DNA of 56,798 nucleotides from Thermoanaerobaculia bacterium (GTDB taxonomy: Bacteria > Acidobacteriota > Thermoanaerobaculia > UBA5066 > Gp7-AA6). Shown here piece after piece: positions 10,114 through 17,396 of the stretch. Below the pieces are notes generated by a model. That model saw nothing but the letters and a program-made list of their open reading frames with translations, searched no databases and had not been told where the DNA came from. Both the position numbers and the translations under genes were made by a program. The first letter of the stretch is position 1, and the number at the start of each line of letters is the position of its first letter. The stretch lies in NCBI GenBank assembly GCA_035259605.1, contig DATFWF010000011.1, positions 1 through 56,798 of the forward strand, written 5' to 3'.

Positions 10114-10557
10114 ATGATTGGAATCCTCCTCGTGACCCACGGCCGGCTGGCCGAGGAGCTCAAGGCTGCCGCGCTGACCATCCAGCCGAGCATCCCGTCG
10201 ATCGTCGCGGTCGCGCTCGACTGGGGCGAGGTCGGCGACGACGCGCGGGAGAGGATCGCCGCCGGCCTGGCCCAGGCCGACAAGGGGGAGGGGGCGATCA
10301 TTCTGACCGACATGTTCGGGGGGACCCCGACGAACCTCACGCTTTCGTTTCTCAAGAAGGACCGGGTCGAGATCGTGACCGGCGTGAACCTGCCGATGGT
10401 GCTGAAGTGCGCGACGCTCCAGGAGAGCGGCAAGCCGGTGGCCGAGATCGCGCGGCTGGCCCGGGACCGCGGGCAGCGATCGATCTGCGTCGCCTCGGAC
10501 CTGCTCGCGAGCGAGGAGGCGCCGGCTCCGCCGGCCCCGGAGCCGGCCGGCCGATGA
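10114..10557 (+). CDS. PTS EIIA component, mannose/fructose family
   Basis: MIGILLVTHG (active-site His context) and ILTDMFGGTP are typical of EIIA-Man. Confidence 0.8.
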   Translation: MIGILLVTHGRLAEELKAAALTIQPSIPSIVAVALDWGEVGDDARERIAAGLAQADKGEGAIILTDMFGGTPTNLTLSFLKKDRVEIVTGVNLPMVLKCATLQESGKPVAEIARLARDRGQRSICVASDLLASEEAPAPPAPEPAGR

Positions 10558-10823
10558 TCGAGCGAGAAGTGGCGATCCGCAACCGGCTCGGGCTTCACGC
10601 CCGGGCGGCGGCGAAATTCGTGCAGACGGCGAGCCGGTTCAAATCGGCGGTCAAGATCCGCAAGAACGGCGAGGAAGTGGACGGCAAGAGCATCCTCGGG
10701 ATCCTGCTGCTCGCGGCCTCCCAGGGGACGCACATCACGCTTTCCGTCAGCGGAGAGGACGAGGCCGCTGCGTTCGCGGCAGTCGAGGACCTCATAGCCC
10801 GCAGTTTCGACGAGGAAGAATGA
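10554..10823 (+). CDS. ptsH: Phosphocarrier protein HPr
   Basis: ATG 10554 (ATGA overlap with the EIIA stop). His15 in GLHARAA and Ser46 in GKSILG are both present. Confidence 0.9.
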   Translation: MIEREVAIRNRLGLHARAAAKFVQTASRFKSAVKIRKNGEEVDGKSILGILLLAASQGTHITLSVSGEDEAAAFAAVEDLIARSFDEEE

Positions 10824-10829
10824 GGAGGA

Positions 10830-10906
10830 ATCGGGTGATCTGGTGATCGAGCCATCGGGTGAATGAAGACCGATCACCCGATCGCCGATCGCAGATCACC
10901 CGATCG
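10830..10906. repeat. Nested inverted repeats / 7-8 nt periodic array in the ptsH-ptsI spacer
   Basis: ATCGGGTGATC (10830-10840) and ATCGGGTGA (10854-10862) are reverse complements of GATCACCCGAT at 10872-10882 and 10894-10904. The second half reads GATCACCC GATCGCC GATCGCA GATCACCC GATCG. Confidence 0.8.
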
Positions 10907-10908
10907 AA

Positions 10909-12660
10909 ATGCTTCAAGGGATCCCGGTCAGTCCCGGCATCGCGGTCGGCCGCGCGGTCGTCGTCCGGTTCGGCGGGACCCCCGCCTTCCGGCGGGCGAT
11001 GCAGCCCGACCAGATGGACGCCGAGGAGCGCCGCTTCCGCAAGGCCGCCCACGCGGCGACCGAGGATTTCCTGGCCCAATCCAGGCAGACGAGCGGCGGA
11101 GACATGGGCTCGGAACTCGCGGCGATCCTCGAGGCGCACGGCATGATCGCCTCCGACGAGTCGCTGCTCACCCCTGTCGTCGAGCGGATGCGCCGGGAGC
11201 GGGTCAACGCCGAGTGGGCGCTCGCCGCCGTCTCGCGGGAGCTCGCGGCGCGGCTCGAGGCGTCGCCCGCGGCCGCCATGCGCGAGCGCGCCGCCGACAT
11301 CACGGACGTCGCCCGGGAGATCTCGCGGCACCTCTCCGGCGGCCACCCGCTCCAGCACCGCGACCTTCCGAGGGGCTCGATCCTCGTCGCCGACGAGCTC
11401 TCGCCGGCGGACACGGCGCGCCTGGACCCGAGGCGCGTCCGCGCGATCGCGCTCGAGCGGGGAGGCCCGACCTCGCACGCCAGCATCATCGCCCGCTCCT
11501 TCGGCCTGCCGGCGGTCGCCGGGGTCCCGGGGCTCTGCGACACGGTCTCGCCCGAGCGGCCGATCGTCGTGGACGGCGACCGCGGAGTCGTCGACGCCTC
11601 TCCGTCCAAGGAGAAGCTCCGCAGGAGCCTGGTCAAGATCCGGGAGGCCAGGGAGCGCACGCGCCGGCTCCGGGCGCGCACGGCCGGCGCCGCCGTGACA
11701 GCGGACGGGATCCGCGTCGTCCTGCGCGCCAACATCGAGCTTGCCGAGGAGATCCCCGCGCTCGAGCACTGGCACGCCGAGGGGGTCGGCCTCTTCCGCT
11801 CCGAGTTCCTGTACCTGAAGGCGGCGCCGGCCACGCCCTCGGTCGAGGAGCAGCGCGACGCGTACGAGAAGCTCCTCGCCGCGGTCGGGCCCCACCCGGT
11901 CACGGTGAGGACCTACGACCTCGGGGGGGAGAAGGGGATCGGGCCGACGACCGACGAGAACCCGGCTCTGGGGCTCCGCGGGCTCCGCTACTGCCTGGCC
12001 AACCCGAAGCTCTTCGAGGAGCAGCTGACCGCCCTCTGCCTGGCGTCGAGGAAGGGGGAGCTGAAGATCCTGCTCCCGATGGTCGCGGGAGTCGGCGAGA
12101 TCCGCGCCGCGCGCCGCCATCTCGAGAAGGTCTGCCGCGAGGTCGGGCTCACGACCCCTCCCGCGCTCGGAATCATGATCGAGGTCCCCTCGGCGGCGCT
12201 CATCGCCGACCGGCTCGCCCTCGAAGCGGATTTCTTCTCGATCGGCACCAACGACCTCGCGCAGTACGCGCTCGCCGTGGACCGCGCCAACCCCGAGGTC
12301 GCGCCGCTGTACCGGCCGCTCCACCCGGCGATCCTGCGGATGATCCGCGCGGTCGTCGAGGCGGGCGCGGCGCTCGGCCGGCCGGTCGCGGTGTGCGGCG
12401 AGATGGCGGCGGACCCGATCGGGATCGGAGTCCTCGTGGGCCTGGAGATCCGGGAGCTCTCCGTGACCCCGGTGGCGATCCCGACGGTCAAGAGCGCGCT
12501 CGCGGCGATTCACTCGCGGCGGGCGCGGCTCCTCGCGGAGCGCGCCCTGCACGCCTCCGAGGCGGCCGACGTGGAGAAGATGTTCCGGCAGCAGGCCGCG
12601 CCGCCGGCGCCTCCCGAGGCGCGCGCCGCCCGCGCCGAGAAAGAGGAAAAGGCGCTTTGA
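10909..12660 (+). CDS. ptsI: Phosphoenolpyruvate-protein phosphotransferase (Enzyme I)
   Basis: MLQGIPVSPGIAVG start, phospho-His region GGPTSHASIIARS, PEP-utilising domain FFSIGTNDLAQY. Confidence 0.92.
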   Translation: MLQGIPVSPGIAVGRAVVVRFGGTPAFRRAMQPDQMDAEERRFRKAAHAATEDFLAQSRQTSGGDMGSELAAILEAHGMIASDESLLTPVVERMRRERVNAEWALAAVSRELAARLEASPAAAMRERAADITDVAREISRHLSGGHPLQHRDLPRGSILVADELSPADTARLDPRRVRAIALERGGPTSHASIIARSFGLPAVAGVPGLCDTVSPERPIVVDGDRGVVDASPSKEKLRRSLVKIREARERTRRLRARTAGAAVTADGIRVVLRANIELAEEIPALEHWHAEGVGLFRSEFLYLKAAPATPSVEEQRDAYEKLLAAVGPHPVTVRTYDLGGEKGIGPTTDENPALGLRGLRYCLANPKLFEEQLTALCLASRKGELKILLPMVAGVGEIRAARRHLEKVCREVGLTTPPALGIMIEVPSAALIADRLALEADFFSIGTNDLAQYALAVDRANPEVAPLYRPLHPAILRMIRAVVEAGAALGRPVAVCGEMAADPIGIGVLVGLEIRELSVTPVAIPTVKSALAAIHSRRARLLAERALHASEAADVEKMFRQQAAPPAPPEARAARAEKEEKAL

Positions 12661-13013
12661 GAAAGGTTTCCAAGCCCTGGGGCCACGAGCTGATCTTCGC
12701 GGAGAACGACAGGTACGCCGGGAAGATCCTGCACCTGGAGCCCGGCCACTGCCTGTCGCTCCAGTACCATGAAAGAAAGGACGAGACCCTTCTTGTTCTG
12801 GCGGGTGAGGTGCACCTGCTCGTGGGCGTGGAGGACGGCGCAATGGAGGAGATCCGGTTGCAGCCGGGCGATTCCTACCGGATCCGCCCGGGAGTGCGCC
12901 ACCGGATGTCCGCGGAGCTCGCGAGCGATCTGGTCGAGGTCTCCAGCCCCGAGCTCGACGACGTCGTGCGCCTGGAGGACCGCTACGGGCGGGCGGGGAC
13001 GACGGAACCGTGA
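12657..13013 (+). CDS. Small cupin-domain protein (ManC C-terminal type)
   Basis: C-terminal 118 codons of ORF 10863..13013. KPWGHELIF...HLEPGHCLSLQYHERKDETLLVLAG...RHRM is a cupin_2 pattern. Proposed TTG 12657 overlaps the ptsI TGA; the start is uncertain. Confidence 0.65.
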   Translation: MRKVSKPWGHELIFAENDRYAGKILHLEPGHCLSLQYHERKDETLLVLAGEVHLLVGVEDGAMEEIRLQPGDSYRIRPGVRHRMSAELASDLVEVSSPELDDVVRLEDRYGRAGTTEP

Positions 13014-13708
13014 AGCGATTCTGGATTCTGGATCTTGGAATCTGGATCACGGCCGTCGTGGTCGCCGATCCCGCGCTTGCGGCGACTCCGAAGCCCACAC
13101 CCACGGCGACGCCGACCCCGAAGGAGCACAAGCTCTCCGGCGGATTCGGGAAGGGAGCCCCGGACGCCGTTGTCGCGCCGCCCGGAGTCGTCACTCCGGA
13201 GCCGGGGCAGTCGCTGGCCGACGCGGTGCGGTCGGCCTCCGAGACGAAGAAGAAGAAGGGCAAGATCGCGATCACCAACGAGACCCTCGTCACGGATCCC
13301 AAGAAAGGGAAGCTGACGACCGCGTCGCCCAAGAACGTGCCGGTGCCCGCGGCCACGCCGTCGGCGTCCAAGGCGGAGAACCACCCGCCGGCCGACGGGA
13401 CGCCGCCGCAGGAGTCCTCGGAGGCCGAAGCGTACTGGCGCGAACGGATGCACTCCGCGAAGGCCCGCGTCGGGGATCTCGAGGAGAAGGTCCGCCGCTA
13501 CGACGCGGAGGCCCACAAGCTCGAAAACGACTTCTATTCGTGGGACGATGGCAACTACCGCGACGGCGTGATCAAGCCGGCGTGGGACAAGAAGCGGGAG
13601 GAGCTCGAGACGTCCAAGCGGGACCTGGCGGAAGCCCAGAAGGAGCTGGCGGACCTTCCCGAAAAGGCGCGCAAGGCGGGAGCCCTGCCGGGGTGGCTGC
13701 GGGATTGA
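13010..13708 (+). CDS. Hypothetical protein: Pro/Thr-rich region plus C-terminal coiled coil
   Basis: ORF 13010..13708, with GTG overlapping the cupin TGA. I recognise no family. The N-terminal 14 codons are encoded by a heptamer array, so the true start may be GTG 13058. Confidence 0.5.
   Translation: MKRFWILDLGIWITAVVVADPALAATPKPTPTATPTPKEHKLSGGFGKGAPDAVVAPPGVVTPEPGQSLADAVRSASETKKKKGKIAITNETLVTDPKKGKLTTASPKNVPVPAATPSASKAENHPPADGTPPQESSEAEAYWRERMHSAKARVGDLEEKVRRYDAEAHKLENDFYSWDDGNYRDGVIKPAWDKKREELETSKRDLAEAQKELADLPEKARKAGALPGWLRD
13016..13050. repeat. Tandem heptamer array GATTCTG GATTCTG GATCTTG GAATCTG GATCACG
   Basis: Read directly. It starts 3 nt after the cupin stop, inside the annotated 5' end of the hypothetical ORF. 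Confidence 0.8.
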
Positions 13709-15054
13709 GCGCCAACCCGGGCCTCCCGACGGCCGCCGGCGGCTCCTACCGCGTCGAGACGTGGGGCTGCCAGATGAACGTCCTCGACGGCGAGAGGATG
13801 GCCGGCCAGCTCGAGCGGCTGGGCCTCTCCGCGGCGGTCGAAGCCTCGCAGGCCGACGTCGTCGTCTTGAACACCTGCTCGGTTCGCGACAAGGCCGACC
13901 AGAAGGTCTACAGCGCGCTCGGGGTCCTGGCCGAGAGGAAGCGCGACAACCCGGGCCTCGTCATCGGCGTCGCCGGCTGCCTCGCTCAGGTCACCGGAGA
14001 CGAGATCCTCGAGCGGGCGCCCTGGGTGGATTTCGTGCTCGGCACGGGCAACGTCGAGCGCCTGGGCGAGGTCGTCGAGCGCGTCCGGCGGGACCGCCGC
14101 CGAGAGTCGCTGCGGGAGATGCCGGAGGACTCGCCGGTCTACCAGTTCCGGCAGATCTCGCGCGGGTCCCGCTTCCAGGCGTACCTCACCGTCATCGAGG
14201 GCTGCGACCAGTTCTGCACCTTCTGCATCGTTCCCTTCACCCGCGGCCGCGAGCGCAGCCGCCGCTCCCCGGAGATCCTCGAAGAGGCGGCCTGGCTCGT
14301 CTCGCAGGGGTACACGGAGATCACGCTCCTGGGACAGACGGTCAACGCCTACCAGGACCCCGACGACGGTTCGGGCCTCGGGCGACTCCTCGAAAGGCTC
14401 GCTCCGCTTCCGGGGCTCCGGAGGCTCCGGTTCCTGACCTCACATCCCAGCTTCGTGGACGATTCGCTGGCAGCCGCGCTCGGGGCCGGAGGCAACCTCG
14501 CGCCCTACCTCCACATGCCTGCGCAATCGGGGTCGGACCGGGTCCTGTACCGGATGAAGCGCCGCTACGATCGGAAGGGCTACCTGGACACCCTCGCGAG
14601 GGTGCGGAGCGTCGTTCCGGAAGTCGCCGTCTCGTCGGACTTCATCGTCGGCTTCCCGGGCGAGACCGAGGAGGACTTCGGGCAGACCCTCGATCTCGTC
14701 CGCGAGGCTCGGTTCGCCAACGTCTTCGCGTTCTGCTACTCGCCCCGGCCGGGCACGGCGGCGGCGCGGTGGGGGAGCGAGAAACAGGTCCCCGCGGAGG
14801 CCGCGGCGGAGAGGCTGCAGCGGCTCCTCTCACTCCAGTCGGAGATCCAGGGGCAGATCAACCGGGGGCTCGTCGGGCGGACCTTCGAGATCCTGGTCGA
14901 GGGGCGGGACAAGCACGGAGAGGCCCACGGGCGCACGGCTTGCAACCGCATCGTCCACGTGGGGACGGCGCAGCCGCTCCAGCCGGGGACCTACCGGGCC
15001 GTGACGATCGTGAAAGGGTTGCCCAACTCCCTTCTCGGGGAGCTGGCGGACTAG
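13705..15054 (+). CDS. miaB: tRNA-i6A37 methylthiotransferase
   Basis: C-terminal 450 codons of ORF 12769..15054. UPF0004 cysteines (WGCQMN, NTCSVR, AGCLAQ), radical-SAM CDQFCTFC, TRAM-like C-terminus. TTG 13705 overlaps the upstream TGA. Confidence 0.9.
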   Translation: MSANPGLPTAAGGSYRVETWGCQMNVLDGERMAGQLERLGLSAAVEASQADVVVLNTCSVRDKADQKVYSALGVLAERKRDNPGLVIGVAGCLAQVTGDEILERAPWVDFVLGTGNVERLGEVVERVRRDRRRESLREMPEDSPVYQFRQISRGSRFQAYLTVIEGCDQFCTFCIVPFTRGRERSRRSPEILEEAAWLVSQGYTEITLLGQTVNAYQDPDDGSGLGRLLERLAPLPGLRRLRFLTSHPSFVDDSLAAALGAGGNLAPYLHMPAQSGSDRVLYRMKRRYDRKGYLDTLARVRSVVPEVAVSSDFIVGFPGETEEDFGQTLDLVREARFANVFAFCYSPRPGTAAARWGSEKQVPAEAAAERLQRLLSLQSEIQGQINRGLVGRTFEILVEGRDKHGEAHGRTACNRIVHVGTAQPLQPGTYRAVTIVKGLPNSLLGELAD

Positions 15055-15077
15055 GACGGAGACGGGAGGTCCTCCAC

Positions 15078-15557
15078 ATGGTCAAGATGGAAATCAAGGG
15101 TCTCCTGATGGATCCCGTCTCCAACATGCCGGTCGTCATCCTGCGCGACGCCGGCGATGGGGTCTTCCTGCCGATCTGGGTCGGGATCTTCGAGGCCAAC
15201 GCGATCGCCATCGCCATGGAGAAGATCGCGACACCCCGCCCGATGACGCACGACCTGCTCAACAACCTCGTCCGGGAGCTCGACGCGCGCGTCGACCGGA
15301 TCGTGATCAACGACCTCAAGGACAACACCTTCTTCGCCCGGATTCACCTCTCCCGGGCGGGAGCCACGTGGACGGTGGACAGCCGGCCGAGCGACGCGAT
15401 CGCGCTCGCCCTGCGGTGCCAGTCCGAGATCTTCGTCGAGGAGGAAGTGCTCGAGAAGAGCAAGACGCTCCGGGCCGACGGTGACCCGGACCCCGAGCGC
15501 CTCAAGAAGTGGCTCGAGGAGGTGAACCCGGAGGACCTCGGCAAGTACCGGATGTAG
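15078..15557 (+). CDS. Bifunctional nuclease family protein (DUF151)
   Basis: ATG 15078 preceded by GGGAGG. PVVILRD....LPIWVGIFEANAIA...RP.THDL pattern of the BFN/DUF151 family. Confidence 0.75.
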   Translation: MVKMEIKGLLMDPVSNMPVVILRDAGDGVFLPIWVGIFEANAIAIAMEKIATPRPMTHDLLNNLVRELDARVDRIVINDLKDNTFFARIHLSRAGATWTVDSRPSDAIALALRCQSEIFVEEEVLEKSKTLRADGDPDPERLKKWLEEVNPEDLGKYRM

Positions 15558-15637
15558 CCCGGCGTTTTCCCGAGCGGCTCCTTTCCGAGATCCTTCGCTC
15601 CGCTCAGGAGGACAAGAGCGCTGCGGCAATCGGCAGC

Positions 15638-15643
15638 TATACT
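15638..15643 (+). promoter_or_regulatory. -10-like box TATACT, 9 nt upstream of the proposed parA GTG
   Basis: GCTATACTCC in the 95-nt BFN-parA spacer. Confidence 0.25.
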
Positions 15644-15652
15644 CCTTCGCTG

Positions 15653-16408
15653 GTGATCATCTCCATCACGAATCAGAAGGGCGGAGTCGGGAAGACGACT
15701 ACGGCGATCAACCTGGCGGCGGCCATGTCTCAGAAGGGGATGAAGACGCTGCTGGTGGATCTCGACCCCCAGGGCAACAGCACCATGTCGTACCTGGACC
15801 GGCGCTCGATCGAGAAGTCCATGTACGACGTCTTAACCGACCCGGCGATCTGGTTCCGCGACATCGTCCGGCCCTCCGGCTTCAAGAACCTGGACATCGC
15901 GCCCGCGCGCATCGCGCTGGCCAAGATCGAGCCCAAGCTGCTCGGGGAGTTCGACGGCCATTTCCGCCTCCGCGACAAGATCGACGGCGCCCGGAAGCGC
16001 TACGACGCGATCCTGATCGACACGCCGCCGACCCTCGGCATGATCACCGTCAACGCGATGGTCGCCTCGTCCCACATCCTGATCCCGATCCAGTCGTCGT
16101 ACTTCGCGCTGGAGGGGACCGACGACCTGCTCGAGACGATCGACAAGATCAAGGCGCGGCCCAACCCCGGCCTCCAGATCCTCGGGGTCGTCGTGACTCT
16201 CCACGACAAGCGCACGGTCCTGGGCCGCGACGTGTACAAGCAGATCCGGGCGGTCTTCGGGGACAAGGTCTTCAAGACCACCATCTCCAAGAGCGTGCGG
16301 CTGGAAGAGAGCCCGGCCCACCGAGAATCCATCTTCACTTTCGCGCCGCGCTCGGGCGGCGCCGCCGAGTACTACTCGCTTTCGGAGGAGGTCCTGTCCC
16401 GTGTCTAA
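15653..16408 (+). CDS. parA: Chromosome partitioning ATPase ParA/Soj
   Basis: Deviant Walker A NQKGGVGKTTT about 10 aa after GTG 15653. The ORF is open from 15509, but the upstream part looks non-coding. Confidence 0.9.
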   Translation: MIISITNQKGGVGKTTTAINLAAAMSQKGMKTLLVDLDPQGNSTMSYLDRRSIEKSMYDVLTDPAIWFRDIVRPSGFKNLDIAPARIALAKIEPKLLGEFDGHFRLRDKIDGARKRYDAILIDTPPTLGMITVNAMVASSHILIPIQSSYFALEGTDDLLETIDKIKARPNPGLQILGVVVTLHDKRTVLGRDVYKQIRAVFGDKVFKTTISKSVRLEESPAHRESIFTFAPRSGGAAEYYSLSEEVLSRV

Positions 16409-17240
16409 GAGAAGGGGATTGCCGCAGGAAGCGCGGATGCGCCACGACTCCCACTTCGTCGAGGCGCTGTCCTCGCGATTCGGAGCTTCCCTCGGGAGGT
16501 GGATCCCGCTCGAGGAGATCGAGACCAATCCCGAGCAGCCGCGCACGAGCGTCGGGGACCTCCGGGAGCTCGTGAAATCGATCGAGGTCCGGGGCGTCCT
16601 CGAGCCGCTCCTCGTCCGGCCGATCGGCGACAACCGCTACCGGATCATCGCCGGCGAGCGGCGCTTCCGGGCGGCGATGGAGGCGGGGCTGACCGAGGTC
16701 CCGTGCATCGAGTTCGACGTGCCGGAAAACGAGGTCATCGAGATCGCGCTGATCGAGAACCTTCACCGCAAGGACCTCCATCCCTTCGAGGAGGCCGAGG
16801 GGTACGTGGGCCTGGTCAACCGCCACGGGTACACACAGCAGCGGATCGCCGACGCGGTGGGGAAGTCGCGGGTGTCGATCACCGAGGCGATGTCCCTCCT
16901 CGAGATCCCCGAGGACGTCCGCGACGAATGTCGGCGCGCCGACATCCAAGCGAAGTCGGTGCTCCTCCAGATCGCCAGGCTGAAGGACCCGGACCTGATG
17001 AGGGCGGCGATCGAGCGGGCGGCAGCCGGATTCACCCGGGACGACCTGCGGGCGCAGAAGAGGGATGAGGGCGGCCGGCGCGCGGGCCGGTTCTCGTTCG
17101 TCTACAAACCGAAGGGCGGCCCGTTCAAGCTCAATCTCTCCTTCCAGAAATCCCGGGTGGACAGGTCCGAGCTCATCGAGACCCTCCGCCACATCATCAA
17201 GCAGCTCGAAGCCGGCGAGATCAAGATCCCCAAGCGATAG
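16401..17240 (+). CDS. parB: Chromosome partitioning protein ParB/Spo0J
   Basis: ParB boxes LEPLLVRP and IIAGERRFRAAMEAG, HTH region QQRIADAVGKSRVSITE. Overlaps the parA end by 8 nt. Confidence 0.9.
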   Translation: MSKRRGLPQEARMRHDSHFVEALSSRFGASLGRWIPLEEIETNPEQPRTSVGDLRELVKSIEVRGVLEPLLVRPIGDNRYRIIAGERRFRAAMEAGLTEVPCIEFDVPENEVIEIALIENLHRKDLHPFEEAEGYVGLVNRHGYTQQRIADAVGKSRVSITEAMSLLEIPEDVRDECRRADIQAKSVLLQIARLKDPDLMRAAIERAAAGFTRDDLRAQKRDEGGRRAGRFSFVYKPKGGPFKLNLSFQKSRVDRSELIETLRHIIKQLEAGEIKIPKR

Positions 17241-17300
17241 CCGGCGCGACGCCGGCGCTGCGCCACAAGGATGCCGCAGGGGCGGGCCCCGCGCCCGCCC
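17241..17300 (+). terminator. Two GC-rich hairpins downstream of parB (possible terminator; no U-tract)
   Basis: CCGGCG-cga-CGCCGG (17241-17255) and GGGCGGGC-cccgc-GCCCGCCC (17280-17300). Confidence 0.3.
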
Positions 17301-17313
17301 GCCTCCCGGTACA

Positions 17314-17341
17314 ACGTCCGATAAGATAGATTATGTAAAGT
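17314..17341. other. dif: Candidate dif site (XerC/XerD chromosome dimer resolution site)
   Basis: ACGTCCGATAA-GATAGA-TTATGTAAAGT has 11-6-11 architecture in an AT-rich island within GC-rich DNA. The right arm matches the E. coli XerD arm at 9/11 and the B. subtilis arm at 10/11. It is intergenic. Confidence 0.55.
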
Positions 17342-17396
17342 AGTGGATTGGGGCCGCGAAACGCTGGCGCGAGGTCCCCTCGGCTACCATTCCCCC

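Noticed and set aside
10792-13371. 859-aa minus-strand ORF and 716-aa + strand ORF (10863..13013) overlapping ptsI
   Set aside because: ptsI (10909..12660) accounts for the region. Only the last 118 codons of the 716-aa ORF (the cupin) look like real protein. The same logic applies to ORF 12769..15054, where only the MiaB portion is real.
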